A DNA stretch of 54,604 nucleotides from Acidimicrobiia bacterium. GTDB lineage: Bacteria; Actinomycetota; Acidimicrobiia; Spongiisociales; ZC4RG35. How positions within the stretch are numbered: position 1 is the first letter of the stretch; every line of letters begins with the position of its first letter. The notes beneath the pieces were generated by a model that saw only the letters and a list, made by a program, of their open reading frames with translations, had not been told where the DNA came from and did no database searches. This document shows positions 44,083-52,731 of the stretch, piece after piece. Location of the stretch: contig JALSJV010000242.1 of assembly GCA_026989215.1 (NCBI GenBank), positions 1 through 54,604 on the forward strand. The letters are read 5' to 3'. A program made the position numbers and the translations under genes.

Positions 44083-46106
44083 CGTGGGTCGAGTCGATCG
44101 CCTGCCAACCGTGCGATCTCCGCCTCCGTCCAGGGGACGACGCCTCCGCGCTCACCGCTCCAGATGGTGCCGAGGTTCCGTCCCAGCCAGTAGGAGGCGG
44201 CACCGAGGATGGACAAGGGCAGCGCCCTCCAGAAGGACAGGTCGGCGGTCCCTTCGCGGAGCGCGCTGCGAATCAGGTGGTACAGACCCGCGAACGCCCA
44301 TGCGGGAGAGATGGCGACGGCCACGGCCCGGGCCGAACGGCTCACGTCGAAATACCGGACGGACGCGGCGGCTCGCAGGCGTCCGATCCCTGCCAGGCCC
44401 CTCGTGAGGTGCCCGAGTCCCACCGAACCGGTGAGCTCCACCTCCATCGCCGGGTCGAACCTGACGGGTCGGGCGCCGAACCCGGCCAACCGCAGCATGA
44501 GGGCGCCCTGTTCACGGAATCCGCCGAGGGCCCGGATCACCGCCGTGCGCACCACCAGGTTGGTGGCGGGGTGTTCCACGACCCACCCAGGACGTCGCTC
44601 GGGCCGCCATTGCCAGAAGCGCGCCACCTGGTATGCCCTCCGTAGCGTGCCGGAGCGGTCGTGGGCGAAGGAGCCTCCGACGGCGAGGTCGGCTCGCCGC
44701 GCCGCTTCGAGGACGTGGTCGAGCCATCCGGACCGGGGTGCGTGCTGGGCGTCCAACAGCGCCAACATGCCTCCCCGGGCCGCGTCCAAGGCGATGTCAC
44801 GGAGCGCGTTCCGACTGGAACCGCGGGGGGCGGACAGGTAGCGAGCCCACTCGGGCATGGCCTCGGGTTCGGTCTCGCCGACCACCAACAGTTCGACGCC
44901 GGGACGGGGTTCGGGAAGTTCCGGCAGTGATACGGGGTCGTCGGGGGTCCAGATCACCGCGATCGTCACCTCGACGTCTTCGTCGGGGGTCGCCGGCTGC
45001 AGCTCGAGGCGATTCAGGAACGGCCGATGGTCGTGCCGCAGGAGGTAGGCGATGAGGCCCAGGACTGCTCCGGGCGGGCTGTAGAGGTAGTAGAGGGCGT
45101 GGAACGCCGCAGCGACGAACATCCCCTTCGTCCCCCAGTGTCGGCGCACGTAGCCAAGGAATCCCCGGTTGAGGAACCACCAGAGTCCCGTGCCCCCCGT
45201 CGCGGCGATCGCAGCGGGCCAACCGAAGGCGGGAGTGGAGGCGGCGGCGAGGACGACGGCGTAGGTGACCACGGACGCGAAGATCGAGCCGGTGCTCAGA
45301 TTGAGGTCGTTGCGGAAGAAGCCGAGCTCGAGCATGGCTCGGGTCCAGGGGATCGCGCGGTGGAAGACGTCGGACGCCACCAGGCCGCCGATCGTGTACC
45401 GCTTGCGGTGGCCGACCTGGAGGCTGGGGTCGAGCACGATCCGGAACCCGGCTTTCTTCAGCCGGTATCCGAGATGGATGTCCTCGATGTCGGCGGCCGT
45501 GGTCACTCCGGGGTCGAACCCGCCGACCGCGGCGAAGGCCCGACGGCGGACCCCGCCGAAGCCGGACCAGAAGGTGGAGGCTTCTCCCTCCCCCTGCAGA
45601 TGGGTGTAGTGGTGCAGGAGGTTCTTGTAGGTGGTCGGCCCGTTGCGAATGTCGGGCTCGACCATCGGGTGGTAGGCGCCGAACACGGCGTCGGCACCTT
45701 CTTCGATCCGGGCGATCATGCCGGGGATCGCCCCCGTTCCCACCACCACGTCGGAGTCGACGAAGATGAGGATGTCACCTCGTGCGACCTGGGCGCCGTC
45801 GTTTCGGGCGCGCGCCGCCCCTCCTTGACAGGGGCGGACGAGTACCCGGTCGGCCAGTCGACGGGCCAGGTCCACGGTTCCGTCGGTGGAGCCGTCGTCG
45901 ACGACGATGATCTCGGAGCCCTCCGGGGCTTCGGCCCTGATGGAGGAGATCGTGGCGGCGAGACTGCCCTCGGCGTTGAAGGCGGGGACGATGAAGGACA
46001 CGGGGACGCGTTCGCTACCGCTCGCCTGCAGGTCGGACGCCGCATCGATACGGCGGATGAGCGATGATCGCACGTCGCCTGCCACTCCCGTCTCCTCGCT
46101 CCCCAC
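44079..46106 (-). CDS. two-module glycosyltransferase: canonical GT2 domain, membrane segment, second GT2-like module related to paralogs A-C
   Basis: N-module: ..VSFIVPAFNAEGSL.., ..IIVVDDGSTDGT.., ..IFVDSDVVV... Central TM helices. C-module: ..LALLDAQHAPRSGW... The GTG start at 46106 is uncertain (the in-frame GTG at 46085 has a better GAGGAG RBS). ATGA overlap with paralog C. Confidence 0.8.
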   Translation of the reverse strand: MGSEETGVAGDVRSSLIRRIDAASDLQASGSERVPVSFIVPAFNAEGSLAATISSIRAEAPEGSEIIVVDDGSTDGTVDLARRLADRVLVRPCQGGAARARNDGAQVARGDILIFVDSDVVVGTGAIPGMIARIEEGADAVFGAYHPMVEPDIRNGPTTYKNLLHHYTHLQGEGEASTFWSGFGGVRRRAFAAVGGFDPGVTTAADIEDIHLGYRLKKAGFRIVLDPSLQVGHRKRYTIGGLVASDVFHRAIPWTRAMLELGFFRNDLNLSTGSIFASVVTYAVVLAAASTPAFGWPAAIAATGGTGLWWFLNRGFLGYVRRHWGTKGMFVAAAFHALYYLYSPPGAVLGLIAYLLRHDHRPFLNRLELQPATPDEDVEVTIAVIWTPDDPVSLPELPEPRPGVELLVVGETEPEAMPEWARYLSAPRGSSRNALRDIALDAARGGMLALLDAQHAPRSGWLDHVLEAARRADLAVGGSFAHDRSGTLRRAYQVARFWQWRPERRPGWVVEHPATNLVVRTAVIRALGGFREQGALMLRLAGFGARPVRFDPAMEVELTGSVGLGHLTRGLAGIGRLRAAASVRYFDVSRSARAVAVAISPAWAFAGLYHLIRSALREGTADLSFWRALPLSILGAASYWLGRNLGTIWSGERGGVVPWTEAEIARLAGDRLDPR

Positions 46107-46152
46107 GCATGGATGCCCGCTCCGGGAGCCTACCCCCGGGTCGGTGGGCGAT

Positions 46153-46200
46153 CAATGGGTCGATCGACCCAGGGTCGGCGGATCGGGGAGCGGGTAGGCT
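46153..46200 (+). promoter_or_regulatory. conserved 20-bp element (containing the perfect palindrome GGGTCGATCGACCC) plus TAGGCT -10-like hexamer in a divergent promoter region
   Basis: CAATGGGTCgatcGACCCAG (46153-46172). TAGGCT at 46195-46200 lies 22 nt downstream, and the ATG is at 46262. The divergent 10-kb minus-strand operon starts at 46106. Confidence 0.5.
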
Positions 46201-46261
46201 TGCGGGCCGGTTCGGTTCACAGACGGCGAGTGGGACGCGTGACGACAGGGAGGCTCGGGGC

Positions 46262-47329
46262 ATGAGGTTCGCTTTCATCGGACTCGGACATGCCGCACGG
46301 TGGCTTCATCTGCCCGCGGTTCGTTCGGTACCCGGGTCGGAGGTGGTGGGAGGGGCAGACTCCTCGCAGGAGTCGCGGTCGGCGTGGCGGCAGCTCGAGG
46401 CCGGGCCGGCCTTCGACACCGCCGAAGAGTTGTTGGAGCGGACCGCTCCGGACGTCGTCGTGATCGCGACGCCCCCCGACTCCCATGCGGCGCTGTGCCT
46501 GCAGGCCCTCGACGCCGGCGCTCACGTCGTCTGTGAGAAGCCGTTCACCGAGACGGTGGAAGAAGCCGATCGGATCATCGAGCGGGCCGCGGAGGTGGAA
46601 CGGACGGTGGTCGTGAACCAGGAGTTCCGTTACATGCCGATCTACTCGTGCATCCCGCCGCTCATCGGTCGCCCGGGATACGGGAAGCCGGTGTTCCTCC
46701 ACGTCACTCAGTTCATGGACCTGGCGCCGTGGGACGAGAAGGTGGCATGGCGGGCCGCCATGCCGAACCGGACCCTGTTCGAGGGTGGTGTGCACATCAT
46801 CGATCTGGTCTTCGCCTACATGGGGGACTTGCCCGAGCGGGTGTTCGCCGTCACGTCGAGCGGGCTGGATCGGACTCGGGACGCGGACGCGATCCATCTG
46901 GTCACCCTCGACTTCGGGGACGGCCGGCTGGCGCAGGTCACCATCGACCGACTGTCCAAGACCGGGACCCGGTACCTGGATCTGAGGCTCGACTGCGAGG
47001 AGGCGTCGCTGCGCGCCTCCCATGGCGGCCGTGCCTATGTTCAGGTCGGGATCAAGCGGGCGCAGCGGCCGGGGATTCGTCTCGATTTCGGACTCGAGGG
47101 TCTCGCCTGGGTGGAGCGGGGCGAGCGGCGCAAGGTGCTCGCCCGGAATCCGCGGCAGGTGACCGTCGAGGCGACCCGCCGCCTCTATCAGGACGCCTTC
47201 GCGCATATCGAGCAGGGCCGGGAGCCTCCGACCTCGGCTGGGACGGCGAGGCAGACGTTGAGGATCATCGAGGCGGCCTACGAGTCCGCCAGGACCGGCC
47301 GGGTGGTCGAGATCGCCTCCACGGCATGA
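46262..47329 (+). CDS. Gfo/Idh/MocA family oxidoreductase
   Basis: Start at MRFAFIGLGHAARW (ATG 46262 after GGGAGG). ..VVIATPPDSHAALCLQALDAGAHVVCEKP... Confidence 0.88.
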   Translation: MRFAFIGLGHAARWLHLPAVRSVPGSEVVGGADSSQESRSAWRQLEAGPAFDTAEELLERTAPDVVVIATPPDSHAALCLQALDAGAHVVCEKPFTETVEEADRIIERAAEVERTVVVNQEFRYMPIYSCIPPLIGRPGYGKPVFLHVTQFMDLAPWDEKVAWRAAMPNRTLFEGGVHIIDLVFAYMGDLPERVFAVTSSGLDRTRDADAIHLVTLDFGDGRLAQVTIDRLSKTGTRYLDLRLDCEEASLRASHGGRAYVQVGIKRAQRPGIRLDFGLEGLAWVERGERRKVLARNPRQVTVEATRRLYQDAFAHIEQGREPPTSAGTARQTLRIIEAAYESARTGRVVEIASTA

Positions 47330-48822
47330 GAGGGCGGGCTGGGTGGCCCGCCGCGGCCCTGCTGGTCGCGGCCGCCTGTGTCGGTTCGGAACCGGTCGTC
47401 CCGGTCGAGACCTCCACCACCACCACCACCACGCCCCACGTCTCCACCACCACCGTCCCGGCGTCGACCACCACGCGTCCCCACGGGACCGTCCCTCCGT
47501 CGCAGGGGAGGGAGGTCGACCTCACGGTGGTGGTCACCGACGAGCCACGGCAGACGATGAGGGGCTGGGGATTCGGCATCTCGCTGGAGGATGAGGGGAT
47601 CGAGCCGTTGGTCAGCGGGGAGATGACCGTCGAGGCCTACACCGAGGCGCTCGACCTGCTCGTCGACGAGGGCGGGGTCGGCATCGTGCGCATCTTCAGC
47701 CCGGGTTTCGGTTCCACCCCCGTCATCGAGCCCGAGAACGACGACGACGATCCTTTCACGCTCGACCTCGACGGGTTCGACCTGGCTGCGACGGGGAGGT
47801 TCCGACTGATGGCGGACCTGGCTCCGCGGGATGTGCGGTTCCTCCTCACCGGCGGTGCAGCACCCTCGTGGATGAAGGATGGGCGTCTTCTCCGGTCCGA
47901 CATGGCAGCCGAGTTCGCCGAATACCTCACCGCGTACGCGTTGGCGGCGCGCCGCCTCGCCGGCGTGGATTTCGACTGGATCACCGTCGCCAACGAACCC
48001 GACAACGACGCCATGCGGCTGCTCATCGACCCGGGGACGGGTGCCGACGTCCTGGGCGCCTTGACCGAGTTGCTGCCGAGCAACGAGCTCCCGGCTCGGC
48101 TGGTGGTGGGCGACACGATCGGCTGGGGCGGCGCCGACGCCTACCTGGCGGCGGTGGAGAGCGACGCCGCCGTCGTCGCGATGCTCGACGCCGTGGCCGC
48201 TCACAGCTATCAGACCCTGGAGTTTCGGCCCCGTGTGGTGGAGCGGGCCGCCGCCCTGGGCATCGAGGTCTGGATGACGGAGCAGTCGGCGGCGGGCGGA
48301 AAGGACTGTCTCGGTGATGATCCCGGCATGGGTTCCGCGCTCCAGTGGGCGGGTTGGATCGCCGACGACCTGGTCGACGGGCAGGCGTCGGTCTGGTTGG
48401 CGCTGCGCGGGGTCGCCGCCCTCTGTCACGACCCCCAGGGTGGGCTCCTCGTCTACGACTCGGCCCGGGGACTGCTCTCCGTCCCCAAGCGTTTCTACGC
48501 CTTCGCCCAGTTCGCTCAGGCGGGGCCTCCGGGCTCGACCGTGCTCACGGTCGACCGGAGCGGTGAGCACCCGGCGATCCCCGCGGTGGCGTTCGAGCGA
48601 GAGGACGACGTCGCCGTCGTGGTGGTGAACCGTGACGCCGAGCCCCGCACCCTGGAGCTCGTGGTGCCGTGGCGGGGGGTGACCGTGACCGAGGTTCGGG
48701 TCACGTCAGGCGACTCGGACCTTGGGAGGGTGGATCCGCCACCGATGGTCGACGGGCGAACCCTGTTCGTGCTTCCACCTGAGAGCATCGTGTCGGTGGT
48801 CGTGGCGTCCCCGCCGAGCTGA
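47326..48822 (+). CDS. clan GH-A glycoside hydrolase, GH30-like, probable lipoprotein with Thr-rich linker
   Basis: ATGA overlap with the upstream gene. Signal ..AALLVAAAC followed by TSTTTTTTPHVSTTTVPASTTT. Acid/base ..ITVANEPDN.. and nucleophile ..EVWMTEQS... Confidence 0.75.
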   Translation: MRGRAGWPAAALLVAAACVGSEPVVPVETSTTTTTTPHVSTTTVPASTTTRPHGTVPPSQGREVDLTVVVTDEPRQTMRGWGFGISLEDEGIEPLVSGEMTVEAYTEALDLLVDEGGVGIVRIFSPGFGSTPVIEPENDDDDPFTLDLDGFDLAATGRFRLMADLAPRDVRFLLTGGAAPSWMKDGRLLRSDMAAEFAEYLTAYALAARRLAGVDFDWITVANEPDNDAMRLLIDPGTGADVLGALTELLPSNELPARLVVGDTIGWGGADAYLAAVESDAAVVAMLDAVAAHSYQTLEFRPRVVERAAALGIEVWMTEQSAAGGKDCLGDDPGMGSALQWAGWIADDLVDGQASVWLALRGVAALCHDPQGGLLVYDSARGLLSVPKRFYAFAQFAQAGPPGSTVLTVDRSGEHPAIPAVAFEREDDVAVVVVNRDAEPRTLELVVPWRGVTVTEVRVTSGDSDLGRVDPPPMVDGRTLFVLPPESIVSVVVASPPS

Positions 48823-48833
48823 GACCGGCGACG

Positions 48834-49700
48834 TCAGGTCCCCGACTCCGGGGTTCGGTGACCGCGGATCGCCAGCCAGCCGATCGCGAGGGCCCCGATG
48901 GCGACGACGAGGGCCTGGAGCCCGACGTCTCGGAACCCGGCCACCCGCGAGGTCAGGGCGACGACGAGGGCCTGGGCGACGACCAGGAGCCGCCGGGCCC
49001 GGGGATCGACGTCGAGGGGGGCGAAAGCAGGCCAGCGGCCCGCCACGGCTCGGGCGACCGGTTCCACCAGCAGCAGGCCCAACCCCGCCAGCGCTCCCAC
49101 CATCGCTCCGGGGCGGACGAAACCTCCTTCCACGGCGGCCAGGGTGAGGAGCAACCCCACGGGCGCGGCGGCCCAGGCGACGGGGGCTCGAACCGCCCAG
49201 GCGACCGCCAACGCCGGGAGGGCGGCGGCGAGTCCGGCGGCGATGGCGGGTTCGGGGACGCCGGCGAACACGCCCAAGACGCTGATGCCGACGAGTGCCC
49301 AGGTGACCGCTCCCCATCGTCGGTCCACGCTCTCGATGGCGGCGGCGACGAGGGGCACCCACAGGACCAACGCCCCCCGTAGGAGGGGGGGTCCCGGAAA
49401 GGAGTCGCCGACGACCATGATCACGGCTCCGGCCAGGACGAGGACCGTCCCCGCCCATCGAGATCGCCGTCGGACGATGCCGCCGACGGCCACCACGGCC
49501 AGGGCGGTGGCGTCGACGACGGGGTTGCGGGCGGCGGTGAGTCCACCGATGGCGGCGGCGATCGGGTATGCGGCGGTGGCGGCATGGCGGCGGAGCGGCC
49601 CCTTCGGCAGCGCCGCCGCGATGACGCCGGTGGCGACGCCGGCGACCAGCCCGGCGATCACGTGGAGCGACGACACGAGCCGAAGGAGCGTGTCGATCAC
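48834..49700 (-). CDS. hypothetical polytopic membrane protein
   Basis: 288 aa, Ala/Val/Gly-rich, about 8 hydrophobic helices, GTG start. No family recognised. Confidence 0.5.
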   Translation of the reverse strand: MIDTLLRLVSSLHVIAGLVAGVATGVIAAALPKGPLRRHAATAAYPIAAAIGGLTAARNPVVDATALAVVAVGGIVRRRSRWAGTVLVLAGAVIMVVGDSFPGPPLLRGALVLWVPLVAAAIESVDRRWGAVTWALVGISVLGVFAGVPEPAIAAGLAAALPALAVAWAVRAPVAWAAAPVGLLLTLAAVEGGFVRPGAMVGALAGLGLLLVEPVARAVAGRWPAFAPLDVDPRARRLLVVAQALVVALTSRVAGFRDVGLQALVVAIGALAIGWLAIRGHRTPESGT

Positions 49701-49710
49701 GGGACCCCAC

Positions 49711-49905
49711 TCACGAGAGCAGCCTCATCAGCCAGAGGGCACCGGCGACGAGGATCACCAGGGCGACGACGGCGGCGGCGAGGAGGAGATACCGGGTCTG
49801 CACCCGAGGAAGGGTACCGCTCCGCCGCCGCAGCGCCGGGCCAACGCCCGCTCCACCACTAGGCTCGGCGGCGAACACGAGGAGGACATGATCGGTGTAT
49901 GACAT
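49711..49905 (-). CDS. possible small membrane protein
   Basis: C-terminal hydrophobic helix YLLLAAAVVALVILVAGALWLM, with its stop 10 nt upstream of the next start. The annotated ATG would overlap the divergent lpdA start, so the true start (if the gene is real) is probably further downstream in this ORF (lower coordinate). Confidence 0.25.
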   Translation of the reverse strand: MSYTDHVLLVFAAEPSGGAGVGPALRRRSGTLPRVQTRYLLLAAAVVALVILVAGALWLMRLLS

Positions 49906-51259
49906 CGTCGTCGTAGGCGGCGGCCCGGGCGGATACGCCGCCGCGCTCTACGCCCACAACTTCGGGCTGTCGGTCGCGCTCGTCACGGACGAACGCCCCG
50001 GCGGGACGTGCCTGCTCCGGGGATGCATCCCCGCCAAGCAGTGGCTGCACATCGCCGAGGTGATGTCGGTGGTCCGCCACTCGGCCGAGTTCGGGGTGGT
50101 GGCAGGCGAGCCGGAGCTCGACTGGGGGGCGGCGCTCGCCCGGAAGAACAAGACGGTGGACACCCTCGTCAAGGGCCTGTCCGGCCTGCTGAAGCAGCGC
50201 AACGTCGAGGTGATCATCGGCCGAGGGCGGCTCGACGGGCCCCGCAGGGTCGTCGTCGAGGGAGAAGATCGGGTGCTGGAGGGCCGCCACGTGATCCTCG
50301 CCACCGGATCCCATGCGCGGACGATTCCCGGCTACGAGATCGACGGGACCCGGATCGTGACGAGCGACCACGCCCTCGACTGGCCGGCGCGCCCCGAGCG
50401 GGTGGCGATCATCGGCGGGGGGGTGATCGGATGCGAGTTCGCCTCGATGCTCGTCGATCTCGGATCCCAGGTGACGGTGTTCGAGGTCATGGATCAGATC
50501 CTTCCGGGCTCCGATCCCGATGCCGCTCGGCAGCTCCAACGTCAACTCGCCCGCCGAGGGGTCGACTTCCGGATCGGGGTGGCGGTGGAGCCTGCAAAGG
50601 TGGGGCCGTCGACGGTCGTCGTCCCGTGGGGCGACGAGTCGTTGGAGGTCGACGTGGTGCTGGTGTCCGTGGGGAGGGGACCCAACACCGAGGGGGTCGG
50701 GTTGGAGACCACCGCGGCAGAGCTGGAACGGGGTTTCGTGCGGGTGGACCTGGAGACGATGCAGACCGCCGAACCGGGACTCTACGCGGTCGGTGACATC
50801 GTCGCCGGGACGCCGCAGCTCGCCCACGTCGGTTTCGCCGAGGCGATCGCGGCGGTCACCCACATCGCCACCGGCACGGCGGCGCCCGTCGACTACCGGG
50901 CGATCCCCCGAGTCACCTACACCCACCCGGAGGTGGCGGAGGTCGGGCTGACCGAAGCCCTCGCCGCCGAGGAGGGCATCGCGGTCGACGTGACGAAGCA
51001 CGCCTTCAACGGGGTGGGGCGTGCGATCATCACCGGACAGAACCAGGGGTTCGCCAAGGTGATCGCCGAACGGGACGGGCCGATCGTCGGTGCGGTGGTG
51101 GTGGGCCCGTCGGCGGGGGAGCTGATCCACGAACTGATGTATTCGGTGGGCTGGGAGGCCTTGCCGGCCGAGGCGGCGGCGTTCATCCACGCCCATCCGA
51201 GCCTGTCCGAGGCGGTCGGTGAGACCCTGCTCGCAGCCGCCGGTCACGGATTGCATTGA
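49895..51259 (+). CDS. lpdA: dihydrolipoyl dehydrogenase (E3)
   Basis: ..DIVVVGGGPGGYAAAL.., redox-active ..GGTCLLRGCIPAK.., C-terminal ..HAHPSLSE... GTG start 8 nt after GGAGGA. Confidence 0.93.
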   Translation: MYDIVVVGGGPGGYAAALYAHNFGLSVALVTDERPGGTCLLRGCIPAKQWLHIAEVMSVVRHSAEFGVVAGEPELDWGAALARKNKTVDTLVKGLSGLLKQRNVEVIIGRGRLDGPRRVVVEGEDRVLEGRHVILATGSHARTIPGYEIDGTRIVTSDHALDWPARPERVAIIGGGVIGCEFASMLVDLGSQVTVFEVMDQILPGSDPDAARQLQRQLARRGVDFRIGVAVEPAKVGPSTVVVPWGDESLEVDVVLVSVGRGPNTEGVGLETTAAELERGFVRVDLETMQTAEPGLYAVGDIVAGTPQLAHVGFAEAIAAVTHIATGTAAPVDYRAIPRVTYTHPEVAEVGLTEALAAEEGIAVDVTKHAFNGVGRAIITGQNQGFAKVIAERDGPIVGAVVVGPSAGELIHELMYSVGWEALPAEAAAFIHAHPSLSEAVGETLLAAAGHGLH

Positions 51260-51279
51260 CGAACAGGAGCGAGGAACGA

Positions 51280-52731
51280 ATGGCGACGACGGTCCGAATG
51301 CCGCAGCTGGGGGAGACGGTCACCGAAGGCACGATTCTGCGTTGGGCGAAACAGGTCGGGGACACGATCGCCACCGACGAGGTCCTCGTGGAGATCTCCA
51401 CGGACAAGGTCGACACCGAGGTCCCCTCACCGGTCTCGGGCACGATCCTGGAGATCCTCGTGCCGGAGGGAGCGACGGTCGAGGTCGGGACCCCGCTCGT
51501 CGTCATCGGAGAGGCCGAGGAGGTGTCGGAGGCACGGCCGGCGCCCGAGCCGGAGCAGATCACCGAGCCAGAGCCGGTGGCGTCTTCGACCGCCGCCCCC
51601 GCCGCCGCGCCCCCCGAGGCCCCTCCGGCGATGCCCGAACCGGCGGCCGCCCCGGCGGCGCCTCCCACCCCGGTCGGACGGACCGATTCGGCGGGCCGGT
51701 TGCTGTCCCCGGTGGTCCGCAAGCTGATCCGTGAGCACGGGCTCGACCCCGACGAGATCCCCGGCACCGGCGAGGGGGGTCGGATCACCCGTCGGGACGT
51801 GGAAGCGTTCATCGCCGCCCGCGAGGCCGTCCCCGCCGCCCCTCCCGAGCCGGAGGCCCCGGCACCACCACCACCGGTCCCCGAAGAGGAGCGGGTCGAG
51901 GCACCCACGCCACCGCCCGCGCCTCCGACCCCACCGCCCGTACCCGCCCCACCCGTGACGCAGCCGATCGCTCCCGAGCGGGCCACCCCTCCCGCCCCCA
52001 TCGCGGCCGCCGGCGACGAGGAGGTGGAGCTCGACCGCCTGCGGGTACGGATCGGCGAGAACATGATCCGGGCGAAGCAGACCGCCGCCCATGTGTGGAC
52101 CTCCGTCGAGGTCGATTACGAACGGGTCGAACGGGTGCGCCAGGCCCATCGTGACGCCTTCAAGGCGGAGGAGGGGTTCTCCCTCACCTACCTTCCGTTC
52201 ATCGCCCGGGCCACCATCGACGCGCTCAAGGCGTACCCGGTGGTCAACTCGTCGTTCTTCCTCGACGAGCGCAGGGCGGTGTTCCATCGGGCCGTGAACC
52301 TCGGGATCGCCATCGACCTGAACCAGAAGGGGCTGGTGGTGGCCACCGTGAAGAACGCCGACGGCCTCCGGTTGGTCGGCCTCGCCCGCCAGATCCGCGC
52401 CCTGGCCGAGAAGGCCCGAGCCGGCAGACTGGAGCCGGACGACGTCTCCGGCTCCACCTTCTCGATCACGAACCCCGGCCCCTACGGGTCCTTCGTCTCG
52501 GCACCGATCATCAATGTTCCCAACGTGGCGATCCTCTCCACCGACACCATCACCAAACGGCCGGCGGTGGTGACGACCCCCGAAGGTCAGGACACGATCG
52601 CGATCCGTCACATCGGGTTCCTCGGACTGTCGTGGGACCATCGGGCGTTCGACGGGTCGACGGCCGTGCTGTTTCTTCGCAGGATCAAGGAGAACCTCGA
52701 GACCTGGGACTGGGAGCAGGAGCTGGCGTGA
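51280..52731 (+). CDS. 2-oxoacid dehydrogenase E2 component (dihydrolipoamide acyl/succinyltransferase)
   Basis: Lipoyl domain ..MPQLGETVTEGTILRW..VEISTDKVDTEVPSP.., Ala/Pro linkers, E3-binding ..SPVVRKLIREHGLDP.., catalytic ..SWDHRAFDG... Confidence 0.92.
   Translation: MATTVRMPQLGETVTEGTILRWAKQVGDTIATDEVLVEISTDKVDTEVPSPVSGTILEILVPEGATVEVGTPLVVIGEAEEVSEARPAPEPEQITEPEPVASSTAAPAAAPPEAPPAMPEPAAAPAAPPTPVGRTDSAGRLLSPVVRKLIREHGLDPDEIPGTGEGGRITRRDVEAFIAAREAVPAAPPEPEAPAPPPPVPEEERVEAPTPPPAPPTPPPVPAPPVTQPIAPERATPPAPIAAAGDEEVELDRLRVRIGENMIRAKQTAAHVWTSVEVDYERVERVRQAHRDAFKAEEGFSLTYLPFIARATIDALKAYPVVNSSFFLDERRAVFHRAVNLGIAIDLNQKGLVVATVKNADGLRLVGLARQIRALAEKARAGRLEPDDVSGSTFSITNPGPYGSFVSAPIINVPNVAILSTDTITKRPAVVTTPEGQDTIAIRHIGFLGLSWDHRAFDGSTAVLFLRRIKENLETWDWEQELA

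Noticed and set aside
47411-47470. (CCA/ACC)n microsatellite-like run in the GH30-like gene, considered as a possible phase-variation tract
   Set aside because: The run is a trinucleotide repeat encoding the Thr-rich linker. Copy changes keep the frame, so it cannot act as an on/off switch. It is more likely a simple linker-length polymorphism.
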